Origin: an uncultured Christensenella sp.
GTDB taxonomy: Bacteria; Bacillota; Clostridia; Christensenellales; UBA3700
Assembly (NCBI GenBank): GCA_949298505.1
Contig: CASFWW010000020.1
Coordinates: forward strand, 15,914 to 79,913
DNA: 64,000 nucleotides
Direction: 5' to 3'
Shown: one piece after another, positions 27,984 through 37,347 of the stretch
Layout of the letters: each line of letters starts with the position of its first letter
Numbering within the stretch: the stretch's first letter is position 1
The notes under the pieces: generated by a model
What the model saw: only the letters and a program-made list of their open reading frames with translations
Databases searched by the model: none
Told to the model about the DNA's origin: nothing
Program-made: the position numbers and the translations under genes

Positions 27984-30392
27984 TCATTTGACGAAAACGT
28001 CGTCTCCGAGCGTTGTCACCGTGGACGGGATCGCCACTTCGCCAAGCGAGCCGCAGTATGCGAACGCCCTGCTTCCTATCTCCGTCAAGCCCTCGTTGAG
28101 TCCGACAACGGAAAGCGCTCTGCAGTACATGAACGCGTTTTCGCCAATCTTCCTTAGCGAAGACGGACAGACGAGAGAACTCAATGTCGTACAGTTCGCA
28201 AACGCCCCGGTCAAGATCTCCTCCACACCCTCAGACAAGCCTGCCTCTGCAAGTTGCGAGCAATTCAAAAATGCGAATTCTCCTACACGGGCGCAGGAAA
28301 TCTGCACTTTTTCAAGATAAACCGCACCGGCAAACGCGTACGCCGCGATCTCCGCAATTTCTTCTCCCGTCGCAAACGAAGCCTGTCTTTTACCCGTCGG
28401 ATAAGCGACGAGAACGGACTTGTCGGCAGAATAGAGAACGTCGCCTTCCGATATAAAACTTTCGCTTCCTTCCGATACGATAAATGCAGTCACGCCTATT
28501 TCGGAAAACGCTCCGTAGCCTATCTCCGTCACCGTTGCCGGGATCGCAACCTCTCCGCCGAAAGCGTTCTTTGCAAACGCTAAAATGCCTATGCTCTCAA
28601 GCACGCCTTCCTCAAACGAAAGCGAAGAAAATTTCACGCTACCGTCGATCGAATAAAGAAGATAATCGGGAACGCGTTCAACTTCTTTGCCAACAACAAA
28701 AACCGAACCTTCGGCTCCCGCGCCGGAAAAAGCCGTCCCGCTGATCCCCTGCGACTGCGCGCTCTGCGCGCGGTATTCCACCCTTTCGAGCTGCGCGCAG
28801 TCCTCGAACGCTTTTGCGGAAAGCGTGACTACCGACTGAGGGATCACGAGCGTTTTTATCGCGGTGCCGGCAAAAGCCTGAGCTCCCACCGTCGTCAGCC
28901 CGCCGCTCAGGCTGAAGTCCACGCCCGTCAGATATACCTCTCCCGCGCCTGTCGCATCGAAAAGTCTGGGCGGCAGGACCCGGACGTTTTCTCCCGTCAC
29001 GAGGGTAAGCCCTCCGAGCGAACCTGCGCCGTCAAAGACGCAATTGTCAGAAACGAGCGCCTGAGCGTTGACGGCGTTGTAATATACGGTTTTTGCAGAT
29101 GAACATCCCGCGAACGCGCGCTCTCCGATCAGGACGACCCCTTCCGGGATCACAATGTTTTCAAGCGCGACGCAGTTCTCGAACGCGCTTTTTCCTATTT
29201 CCGCAAGATCTGACGGAAGTTCAGCATGCGTAAGCGCCGCGCAGTTTTCAAACGCGCCTTCTCCTATTTCAATCACTCCCGAAGGAAGGGAAACTCCTGT
29301 GAATCCGCTGCCTGCGAAAGCTCTTTCTCCAATGCGTTTTATCCCATGCGGGAAGGTCAGCTCTCCGCCGTTATAACCGACGTAAGCGAGCGCCTCCTCG
29401 CCCGTTTTGTCAGTGACGAAAAGCCCGGCGCAGGAAAAAGACGGGTTTCCGTCTGTAAATTCAAGCGTTTTGAAAAGCGGAAGATCTGCAAACGCCTCCC
29501 ACTCTATGTCCGTGCAGTAATCGCCCAGTCTGACGCAGGTCAGCTGCGGCACACGGGCGAAAGCTCCGTCCAGCACGCCGTCTATCGCAAATACTCCGCC
29601 CCACGTGGACGGTATGACGATCCAGTCGAACGGATACGCCGCCGAAACGTCGGAAAGATACAGCTTTGAATTCCCCACCTTGAATTCGAGAGTGAGGAAC
29701 CCCAGCGCAAACAGCCCTTTCTGTTCTTCGTCCGCCGGCTCGTAACTGAGCGTGACCGTCACGTCCTCAGTGACTGCCGTGTAATCGCCCTCGGTTTTGA
29801 GCGCGTAAAGTTCGTTCCCTTCCGCTTTGTACGACGCGAGAGGCAGAAGCGCGCTCTTGCCGTCCTCCACTTTCTGAGCGGAAACAATCTCTCCGTCAAG
29901 GACAAATGTCACGGTGTGGACTTTTGCTCCCTGCCCCGGGTCGTCCTGATCTTCCTGTCCGTCCCCGTCCGACCCGTCCTGGTCCGACCCGTCTCCTTCC
30001 TGACCGCCTCCGTCATCCGGAGTTTCGGGAAAATCGTCTCCGCCCTGCGGCAACTCGTTCCACGCCGCGTAAAGCGAAACGTCCGTCTTGTCCTCTTTGG
30101 CAAGAAATTCTTCAGCGACGAAAGGAATAGTCAGCTCCTCGTCGTAAAACCAGCCGACGAAAGAATACCCGTCTTTTTCGGGATCCCGCACCATCGTAAG
30201 CGTATCTTCAGAACATATTGACATGCCGTAAAGCGAACCGTCGACGTAAAAACTGATCCTGACGCTCGCCGTCTCCCCTTCCTGCGGCTTTGAAGGAAGC
30301 TCGGTCTCGGGCGCTTTTTCGCATGCGGAAAGACATGCCGCCATCGCCGCGACGACAAATACGACAACAAGCAAAAACGTCGCCTTTTTCAT
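27984..30392 (-). CDS. Lipoprotein with Listeria-Bacteroides (Flg_new) repeat and BspA-type LRR domain
   Basis: ATG 30392 follows AAGGAGAG. The signal is MKKATFLLVVVFVVAAMAACLSAC. DGYSFVGWFYDEELTIPF is a Flg_new-type repeat. An acidic linker follows, then many LRR_5-like units (IGERAFAGC, IGKSAFENC, IGENAFMYC). Confidence 0.8.
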   Translation of the reverse strand: MKKATFLLVVVFVVAAMAACLSACEKAPETELPSKPQEGETASVRISFYVDGSLYGMSICSEDTLTMVRDPEKDGYSFVGWFYDEELTIPFVAEEFLAKEDKTDVSLYAAWNELPQGGDDFPETPDDGGGQEGDGSDQDGSDGDGQEDQDDPGQGAKVHTVTFVLDGEIVSAQKVEDGKSALLPLASYKAEGNELYALKTEGDYTAVTEDVTVTLSYEPADEEQKGLFALGFLTLEFKVGNSKLYLSDVSAAYPFDWIVIPSTWGGVFAIDGVLDGAFARVPQLTCVRLGDYCTDIEWEAFADLPLFKTLEFTDGNPSFSCAGLFVTDKTGEEALAYVGYNGGELTFPHGIKRIGERAFAGSGFTGVSLPSGVIEIGEGAFENCAALTHAELPSDLAEIGKSAFENCVALENIVIPEGVVLIGERAFAGCSSAKTVYYNAVNAQALVSDNCVFDGAGSLGGLTLVTGENVRVLPPRLFDATGAGEVYLTGVDFSLSGGLTTVGAQAFAGTAIKTLVIPQSVVTLSAKAFEDCAQLERVEYRAQSAQSQGISGTAFSGAGAEGSVFVVGKEVERVPDYLLYSIDGSVKFSSLSFEEGVLESIGILAFAKNAFGGEVAIPATVTEIGYGAFSEIGVTAFIVSEGSESFISEGDVLYSADKSVLVAYPTGKRQASFATGEEIAEIAAYAFAGAVYLEKVQISCARVGEFAFLNCSQLAEAGLSEGVEEILTGAFANCTTLSSLVCPSSLRKIGENAFMYCRALSVVGLNEGLTEIGSRAFAYCGSLGEVAIPSTVTTLGDDVFVK

Positions 30393-30457
30393 ACCGTCTC
30401 TCCTTTTTCTTTTATGCGCATATTGCACGAGCGTAACGAAAACCCGTGCCGCACCTT

Positions 30458-31411
30458 TTAATCTCTAATGACCGGAACGTCGAGCGCGTGGCTTTCTTTT
30501 ACCGCCCTTATCAGTTCCTCGACGCTCTTTGCCGCATATACGTCCAGTTTAAGCTGTTTCCCTCCGCGCAGACCTTTGCAATAACACGCCACGTGCTTTT
30601 TCATGTTGTTCACCACGTATGTGTCGGAATGGTATCCGCTCAGGATCGCGACGTGTTCAAGCACGATATCTCTGACCGTTGCGTAGGGAAACTCCTTTCC
30701 CGTGATCAATGAAAATATCTGCGGATTTCCAAGCGCTCCCCGCGCTATCATGACTCCCGCCGCACCGGTATGCGCTTTTATCTTCAGATAATCTTCCCGT
30801 GAAAAGACGTCGCCGTTGGCAATGACGGGAACGTCCGCCGCGCGCACGACCTCAGCAATATAATCCCAGTCTGCCTTTCCTTCGTAAAACTGCTCGCGCG
30901 TCCTGCCGTGAACGGTCACAGCCGCCGCGCCGGCGTCCTGCATATACCTGACAAAATCAACACCGGTACGTGAATTTTTTTCAAAACCTATCCTGAATTT
31001 CACGGTTACGGGCTTACCGCATCTTCTCACCGTTTTTACTATCTTCGCCGCAAATTCCGGATCCTTGAGGAGCGCGCTGCCCTCTCCGTTGGACACGATC
31101 TTTCTGACCGGGCAGCCCATATTTATGTCCACTATGTCGAACTTTTCAAGCGCCTTGCTCTCCGCCGCCCTCGCGAGTATTTCAGGGTCGCTGCCGAAAA
31201 GCTGGACCGCCCGCACTTTCTCCGCGTCCGTCGTGTGCAACAAGTCCTCGGTATGCTCGTTGCCGTAGATAAGACCCTTTGCGGACACCATTTCGGTATA
31301 GGTCAGCCCCGCGCCCGCCCCGGCGCAAAGCGACCTCAGACCGACGTCGCTGTATCCCGCTATCGGGGCGAACACCGCGTCGCCCGGGAGAGTTATGCCG
31401 TCAATCTTCAT
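30458..31411 (-). CDS. dus: tRNA-dihydrouridine synthase
   Basis: It contains APIAGYSD and VDINMGCPVRKI. It overlaps the upstream gene by 11 nt. Confidence 0.9.
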   Translation of the reverse strand: MKIDGITLPGDAVFAPIAGYSDVGLRSLCAGAGAGLTYTEMVSAKGLIYGNEHTEDLLHTTDAEKVRAVQLFGSDPEILARAAESKALEKFDIVDINMGCPVRKIVSNGEGSALLKDPEFAAKIVKTVRRCGKPVTVKFRIGFEKNSRTGVDFVRYMQDAGAAAVTVHGRTREQFYEGKADWDYIAEVVRAADVPVIANGDVFSREDYLKIKAHTGAAGVMIARGALGNPQIFSLITGKEFPYATVRDIVLEHVAILSGYHSDTYVVNNMKKHVACYCKGLRGGKQLKLDVYAAKSVEELIRAVKESHALDVPVIRD

Positions 31412-32765
31412 TCTTAGCCTTTCTCCACAGTTCGTCCAGTTCCTCGGGCGTGCACTCGTTCATCGGTTTTTTGCAATGCGCCTCGACGTATGCGAAACGC
31501 TTGCAGAATTTTTCCGTAGCCGCCGCAAGCGCGACTTCCGGATCCACCTTGAGAAGCCTCAGGACGTTGACCGCCGCGAACAGCACGTCGCCGCCCTCTT
31601 CTTCCCTCTTTTCGGGAGAAGCGGACAAAACTTCTTCGATCTCTTCGCTCAGTTTCTCCGCCGCCGCTTTCACGCCGTCAAAATCCATGCCCGCTTTTGC
31701 CGCCGTCTTCTGTATCTTGCACGCCCTCATGAGCGCCGGAAGCCCTGAGGACGTCTTGTCCATCTTGTCAGAGAAAGACGTGTAGTGCTTCTCCTTGCCT
31801 TTCGCCCTGTCCCAGGCGGCAAGACCTTCTTCCGCGGTGCGCGCGACCACGTTGCCGAACACGTGCTCGTGCCTGCCGATCAGTTTTTTGCAAAGCGCAG
31901 TCGCGACGTCGTGAGCGTCGTACTCTCCGCAATCCTCGGCGATCACGCAATGGAACGCCGCCTGAAGCAGGACGTCGCCCGTCTCCTCTATCATATTGCC
32001 CAGGTCTGCGCCGTTGATCGCGTCAACGAGTTCGTAAGCTTCCTCGATCACGTTCGAACGTATGCTCTCGTGCGTCTGCGCCCTGTCCCACGGACAGCCG
32101 TTTTCTCCGCGCAGTCTGTATAGCAATTCAATGACGTCGCCGAAATTGTAACGCTTCTTTCTGAGATATTCCCTCGCCGGGCAGTAAACGGTGGTGGCAT
32201 AACCGAATTTTTTGCCGAAATCCATCTCCGAAACGACAGTCTTTTTGCCGGAGACGTAAACTTCTTCGTCCTCTCCGACAAGATCGGCAAGCCTCAGCTT
32301 GACTTCCTGAGCTATGTACCTGTCGTCGACGTCGGTTATCACAAGCGGGAGCGAGCCGTCGAAATCGAAAGACCTGTTCCCGGTCAGATCGTAAGCGCTG
32401 AGGAAAACCGCGCCGGTCGTAAATCCCGCCGCGCAAACGGCGCGCGATACCGAAGGATATATCTTCACGTCGGTGCGGGAAGCGAGAAGCGCCACGGACT
32501 TGTCGTCGTAACCGCTGCCGTTCACGCAGTATACCGTTCTGCCCCCGGACGACAACAGCCTTTCCACGATCTTTTCGTCAAGATCGTCGAAGTTTTCCGC
32601 GCTCTCGTACACGTCGTCCATCGTCGAGACCTGCCTGCCCTCGAAATATGCAAAAGTGTCAGTCTGCGCAGTCTTTACGAAGACGTGCTTCGCCCTGTCA
32701 ACGGCTTGCGCTCCTTCGAGCGTTATCTGTCCTTTCCGACAACCCAACCCTACGACTTCAATCAT
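31401..32765 (-). CDS. mazG: YabN-like fusion: tetrapyrrole-methylase-like domain + MazG NTP pyrophosphohydrolase
   Basis: The MazG motifs are IEEAYELVDAI and EETGDVLLQA, with a second half EEIEEVL..EEGGDVLFAAVN. The position matches B. subtilis yabN. Confidence 0.85.
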   Translation of the reverse strand: MIEVVGLGCRKGQITLEGAQAVDRAKHVFVKTAQTDTFAYFEGRQVSTMDDVYESAENFDDLDEKIVERLLSSGGRTVYCVNGSGYDDKSVALLASRTDVKIYPSVSRAVCAAGFTTGAVFLSAYDLTGNRSFDFDGSLPLVITDVDDRYIAQEVKLRLADLVGEDEEVYVSGKKTVVSEMDFGKKFGYATTVYCPAREYLRKKRYNFGDVIELLYRLRGENGCPWDRAQTHESIRSNVIEEAYELVDAINGADLGNMIEETGDVLLQAAFHCVIAEDCGEYDAHDVATALCKKLIGRHEHVFGNVVARTAEEGLAAWDRAKGKEKHYTSFSDKMDKTSSGLPALMRACKIQKTAAKAGMDFDGVKAAAEKLSEEIEEVLSASPEKREEEGGDVLFAAVNVLRLLKVDPEVALAAATEKFCKRFAYVEAHCKKPMNECTPEELDELWRKAKNED

Positions 32766-34311
32766 TTTCTTCTCCTTTGCCGGCGCTTTTCTGCGTTATC
32801 AGAAAGCTCTTTTTCAAAGCTCCCGTTGCCGCAAGCAGCGCGAAATAAACCGCCGCGCCGACTACCGCGCCGACCGCCAGCCGCGCGTACCCGTTGCCGA
32901 GCGCAAGCGCGACTATACGTATGCATACGCTCATTATAACACTTGCGAGCACAATTTTACCAGCCGTTTTGACAAGCTCGTTGTTTTTTCCGACAAGTTC
33001 CACATATCTGACCAGCGAAAGCGCCGCCGCAAGCGCATACATGCACAGCTGAGAAACGGGCGCCGCGGCAATTCCTATGCGCGGCAGAAGCAATATCTGA
33101 AGCGCCGTCTTGAACGCGACCGAGACCGCAAGGTAAACCGCCGCGCTTTTGCCCGACCCGAGCGCCTGGAGTATTCCGGAAAGCAACTGCACGAGAGAAG
33201 CGGCGACGACGTTGACCGCCTGAAGCCGCAGAACGTAAGCCGCCAGTTCAGCCTCCTCTGCCGAAAATCCCGGGTAAAGCAGACCGATCACGTCCGAAGA
33301 AAAGACGAGCAACGCAAAAAAACATGGAACGGATACCGCAAGGCATGCGCTCAGCGTACGCCCGGTGTAGTCGTTGACCGAAACGTAATCCCCTTTCGCA
33401 ACTCCGGACGAAATCCTTGGGATCACGGCAACTGCGAGCGCGAGCGACACCACGACGGGGAGATTGATGACCGTTCCGACCGCGCCGCTGTATATGCCGT
33501 ACGAAGCCGTAGCCTGATCAAGCGAAGCGCCGCCCAAGGTCAGGAATCTGACGATCAGGAAGCTGTCAAGAAAGCCGGAGACAGGGAGCACCAGCGCCGC
33601 CGCAACGATCGGAAGCATGCTCTTCACGATGTCATAATATATACGTTTATCTACACGTGTACGGAAAATTTTTTCTTTCCCGACGCTTCTGCGATATGCC
33701 GTCGCGGTGAACGCAAGCCCTGCGAACTCACTCACTGTGACTGCAAACAGCGCGCCGTAGACAGCCGCCTTCGCTCCTTTTTTTGCAAAAAAATACGCCG
33801 CCGTAAGCCCGAAAACCAGCTTTACGACCTGCTCGACCGTCTGCGAAAACGCATTGACGTTCATGCGTCCTTTTCCAATGAAATAGCCTTTGAAATAAGC
33901 CGTAAAAGTCACGGCGAAAACTGCCGGCGCGATCACCGTATACCCCGTCCACGACGTCGGCCTCGCCTGAAGCGCCGCGACCGGATACGCCATAAACGCG
34001 GTGAACACACACCCGACGATCCCCAGCGCGACTGCAATTCTTTTGCACGCCGCGCGCGTATAGGGGATGTCCGCGCCCACCGCGTCGGCATATGCGACGT
34101 AGCGCGCCACCACGGTGGGGACCGCCGCTCCGTACAAGGTCAGAAAAAGCGCGTATACGGGGAAAAAGGTCTGGTACAGACCTATCCCTTCCGCGCCGAG
34201 CACGTTGGTCAGCGGGATACGGTAAAACGCGCCGATGACCTTGGAGACCATTCCGGCAACCGCAAGCCCTGCCGACGAGCGGACGAGCGAATTGCCTCGC
34301 TTTTGCCTCAT
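32758..34311 (-). CDS. MurJ/MOP-family flippase (YabM/SpoVB-like)
   Basis: ATG 34311 overlaps the spoVT stop by 1 nt (TGATG). The N-terminus is SSAGLAVAGMVSKVIGAFYRIPLTNVLGAEGIGLYQ. It is polytopic throughout. Confidence 0.8.
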   Translation of the reverse strand: MRQKRGNSLVRSSAGLAVAGMVSKVIGAFYRIPLTNVLGAEGIGLYQTFFPVYALFLTLYGAAVPTVVARYVAYADAVGADIPYTRAACKRIAVALGIVGCVFTAFMAYPVAALQARPTSWTGYTVIAPAVFAVTFTAYFKGYFIGKGRMNVNAFSQTVEQVVKLVFGLTAAYFFAKKGAKAAVYGALFAVTVSEFAGLAFTATAYRRSVGKEKIFRTRVDKRIYYDIVKSMLPIVAAALVLPVSGFLDSFLIVRFLTLGGASLDQATASYGIYSGAVGTVINLPVVVSLALAVAVIPRISSGVAKGDYVSVNDYTGRTLSACLAVSVPCFFALLVFSSDVIGLLYPGFSAEEAELAAYVLRLQAVNVVAASLVQLLSGILQALGSGKSAAVYLAVSVAFKTALQILLLPRIGIAAAPVSQLCMYALAAALSLVRYVELVGKNNELVKTAGKIVLASVIMSVCIRIVALALGNGYARLAVGAVVGAAVYFALLAATGALKKSFLITQKSAGKGEEND

Positions 34312-34835
34312 CACTCCAGAGTAGCCGCGATCATATCTGCGGCAAGCGCGCAGAGCCTCGCTTCGGTCGCTGATATCGCCGCGTCCGAACACAGCAGCAC
34401 GCCGCCGTAAAGATCTCCGCCCACGATCAGCGGCACGATGTGCTGATTCTTACAGTTGGCGGGCACGTCGTTTACTATCTGCACGGGAGTTTCGGGCGCG
34501 CCCGCTTTGCGGCGGTCAAGGACGCTGTAAAGTCTGTCGCTTATCTCCTCTCCCACCAGTTCCCTGAACGGCGCGCCGCTTGCGCCGAGCACGGTAACGC
34601 TGTCGCATATGACCGCACCCTTCCCTGTCGCACGGCTTAGCGCGTCGCAATACGCCTGCGAAAAATCATCGCCTGATCCGAGCGCGCTGTAACGCCTGAG
34701 CACGAGCGATTTGTCGCCCGTGGTAAATATTTCCATCTGCTCCCCCTCTTTGAGTTTGAGGGTCTTTCTCAGCTCTTTTGGTATGACCACCCTGCCGAGT
34801 TCGTCGATACGTCTCACGATTCCCGTTTCTTTCAT
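34311..34835 (-). CDS. spoVT: Stage V sporulation regulator SpoVT (AbrB-family)
   Basis: ATG 34835 follows GGAGG. The SpoVT-AbrB domain is TGIVRRIDELGRVVIPKELRKTLKLKEGEQMEIF, followed by a GAF-like C-terminal half. The synteny spoVT-yabM-yabN supports the call. Confidence 0.8.
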   Translation of the reverse strand: MKETGIVRRIDELGRVVIPKELRKTLKLKEGEQMEIFTTGDKSLVLRRYSALGSGDDFSQAYCDALSRATGKGAVICDSVTVLGASGAPFRELVGEEISDRLYSVLDRRKAGAPETPVQIVNDVPANCKNQHIVPLIVGGDLYGGVLLCSDAAISATEARLCALAADMIAATLE

Positions 34836-34915
34836 TTTGCCTCCGTTATCGCGTTTATTATCTTCAAGGCGGAAATAAATATTCAGCAAACGTGATCTTT
34901 TCGCGCGTCCTTTCG

Positions 34916-36385
34916 TCAGACTATCTTCGAAACGTCGTAACCTGTGTACCCCTCCATCTGATAGACAGTCGTGGTATTGTATTCGGGATTGTAAGCGTAC
35001 ACCCTCATATACTGCGCGGGAACATACAATCCGAAACTGCCGAACGCCGTTGTAAAATCGGGATAAACCGCCTTCTGCGGAGTTCCGGACAAAAGAAGGA
35101 TCGCCTGAAGATTACTGAACGCGCCTATAAACTCGTGCGTTACCACGTTGCCTTCTACTGCGAGCGCGCATACCGACGATATCCCGTCCGCAACGCAACT
35201 CAACGAACAGCAGAGATCGCCTCTTACGACGACCTGATATATGTCCGTTATGTCTTCGAAAGTCATGTCCAGCCCGTTTGCAACAGTAAGATCCACAACC
35301 AGGTCTCCGCTTTCCGACATATGCGCCCCGGCGAGTTTTGCGTTCTTTTTACGAATAAGCGACGATCCGCCGGTAAACGTCACGCTTGCGTAAGGAACGA
35401 CGTAGCTTTTCGCTATTACGTTTACGAACGCGTAATCTTTTTCGTTTACGTATACCGTAAGCGCAGGTCTTACGGGCGCGGAAAATCTGACCGTCTCCAC
35501 CTCCTGCCCGTCGAAGGTAAAGGGCAGATATACCTTTTCAATATTCTGCGTTGATACGGTAAATACGCCGTTTTCAAAAGAAACGCCTTCGGCGTTGCGG
35601 ACGTCGGCATAAAGCGTGACGTTTTCTTCTCCTACGACGTCGGAGTCGAAATTCCAGTGCCTTCCTTTTGCGGGACAGTACCACCCCGAAAATACCGTAT
35701 CGGAAGGGAATGAGATGACCGGCTCAGGCAAAAGTTTGCCCTTCACCGCAGTATAAGAAATCACCCTGTCTCCGAAAAAAACGAAATCGACAGCTGCGGA
35801 CGGATATACCTTTGCAAGTTCAAGTATTTTTTCTTTGACGACTTCGTCCAAGGAATCTCTGACCATGTTAAATACGCCTTCGATCTGTTCGTTGAGTTCG
35901 TGAGCCTTTAAGGTTTCAGAAGCCAGTTCTTCGTTCAGATTGTCAGCCGTAAGTACCGCGGCGGAAAGCTCTGTCAACACGTTCGCAGGCTCTGTCACCT
36001 TGGTTTCGAGGGCGTTTACCGACGCAGCGACCTCGAAAATGCCACCCACTTTTCCTACGCTCTTCGTCACCACGTCCGCGCGCGTCTTTTCGAATATCAC
36101 AAGCTGCGCCTCAACGTAACCTTCGTATCTGGTAAGACAGTTGGGGATCTCGAAATTCAGCCCGTCCTCCCCGTACTCGAGAGAAGGCGAAGAATAGGTC
36201 GCTTTGACCGCGCCGCCGTGAGTCACGCAGACGAAATCGATGTAATATCCGTGCGAAGCGGGATCGGTCATCCCCACGCATTTTATATTGATCTTGTCCG
36301 AAAGATTGTTGTTCTGCGCGACTACGTAGCGATGGCGACTGACTAGCGACGAGTTGTCTTTATTGTATGTGCAATAAATTACCAT
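34916..36385 (-). CDS. Hypothetical protein: Ig-like N-domain, coiled coil, Flg_new-type repeat, C-terminal repeat region
   Basis: ATG 36385 follows AAGGAG; the track ORF start at 36730 lies in repeat-rich non-coding DNA. It has no signal peptide. FSGWYCPAKGRHWNFDSDVVGEENVTLYA is a Flg_new-type repeat. The N-terminal ~120 aa (..YEGYVEAQLVIFE) loosely recall phage BppU-type N-domains; that similarity is low confidence. Confidence 0.6.
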   Translation of the reverse strand: MVIYCTYNKDNSSLVSRHRYVVAQNNNLSDKINIKCVGMTDPASHGYYIDFVCVTHGGAVKATYSSPSLEYGEDGLNFEIPNCLTRYEGYVEAQLVIFEKTRADVVTKSVGKVGGIFEVAASVNALETKVTEPANVLTELSAAVLTADNLNEELASETLKAHELNEQIEGVFNMVRDSLDEVVKEKILELAKVYPSAAVDFVFFGDRVISYTAVKGKLLPEPVISFPSDTVFSGWYCPAKGRHWNFDSDVVGEENVTLYADVRNAEGVSFENGVFTVSTQNIEKVYLPFTFDGQEVETVRFSAPVRPALTVYVNEKDYAFVNVIAKSYVVPYASVTFTGGSSLIRKKNAKLAGAHMSESGDLVVDLTVANGLDMTFEDITDIYQVVVRGDLCCSLSCVADGISSVCALAVEGNVVTHEFIGAFSNLQAILLLSGTPQKAVYPDFTTAFGSFGLYVPAQYMRVYAYNPEYNTTTVYQMEGYTGYDVSKIV

Positions 36386-36868
36386 TTGCGCTCCTTGAGG
36401 GGGGAAAGAAGCATAGCCGACACCGCAAATATATAACGCTTTTCCTTCAACGGCAAGCTTTACTGCCACAAATTTTTCCGCCCACTTCCCGCTTGAATCC
36501 CGCATCCCCGCGCGGCTTTGCCCGGAAAAAAGATCCCAACATAAAGCGGATTCTTTAACTTGGAATAAAATATATTCAAAGAAGAAAATCAAACCCGTTG
36601 CCGGGCCCCGAACCCGGCACGACCGAATACCGAACAGAAAGCACAAACCAGAAACCAAACCGGACACGGCTGAATCCCGAACAGAAAGCGCAAACTCGGT
36701 ACCGAACCGGAAGTTGAACTTGAAAATCAAAACCGCCTAACTCTATAAAATAAACAAGTTTAGTTAAATAACAAATCAACGTTACGCGCACTCTTTGACA
36801 GCCAGTCTAAAAGCAATTGTTCTGCTGAAACGCAACTCCTTCATTGCCTGCCCTCACCCTTCGCTCAC

Positions 36869-36959
36869 GATTTTACCAATATTTTTGGTAAAAACATAAA
36901 CACACTGTCTTCCCTGCTTACCTTGATCTTTCGGATTTTACCAATATTTTTGGTAAAAA
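36869..36959. repeat. Two copies of a 25-nt element containing a perfect palindrome
   Basis: GATTTTACCAATATTTTTGGTAAAA occurs at 36869-36893 and 36934-36958. The arms TTTTACCAA and TTGGTAAAA flank a TATTT centre. Confidence 0.9.
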
Positions 36960-36994
36960 TGCAATTTGTCTTTACGGAAAGCGGTTGCCGATAC

Positions 36995-37185
36995 GTTTGA
37001 AGACGTCTTGTTATTCGGACGTCTTGTTATGCGAACGTATTTTAACGTGAATGTCTTTTTTTTATACGAATGTCTTCATTTTATTCTTATGTGGACGTCT
37101 ATTTATGTGGACGTCTTTTAACTCAAACGTCATCTTATTATACGAATGCCTTCTTTTATACTAACGTCTTTTTATGCTGCGGTAG
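36995..37185. repeat. Array of ~10 degenerate direct repeats (iteron-like)
   Basis: Consecutive units have a 15-24 bp period: GACGTCTTGTTATTCG, GACGTCTTGTTATGCGA, ACGTATTTTAACGTGA, ATGTCTTTTTTTTATACGA, ATGTCTTCATTTTATTCTTATGTG, GACGTCTATTTATGTG, GACGTCTTTTAACTCAA, ACGTCATCTTATTATACGA, ATGCCTTCTTTTATACTA, ACGTCTTTTTATGC. Confidence 0.8.
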
Positions 37186-37303
37186 TCAGAGACGCGATAA
37201 AGCGTTTATACAATATTCGCTTTATCTGCAAATATGCGTTTTATCTACACGGGTACAACATTTTTCAGCAAAGCGACAAAACGGTTCAGGACGTTTCCGG
37301 CGC

Positions 37304-37331
37304 AAAAAAAAGCGCGGCTGCAAGCCGCGCT
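37304..37331 (-). terminator. Terminator after metH
   Basis: On the minus strand: AGCGCGGCT-TGC-AGCCGCGCT followed by TTTTTTT. Confidence 0.85.
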
Positions 37332-37347
37332 TTGTCGTCATGGCATG

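Noticed and set aside
32656-34410. 584-aa plus-strand ORF (Arg-rich) opposite the MurJ-like gene
   Set aside because: It is extremely R/D/K-rich with no hydrophobic core. The minus frame encodes a coherent polytopic flippase in a conserved operon.
36386-36730. N-terminal extension of ORF 34916..36730 (115 extra codons)
   Set aside because: The extension lies in repeat-rich DNA with odd composition. A good AAGGAG RBS precedes the internal ATG at 36385.
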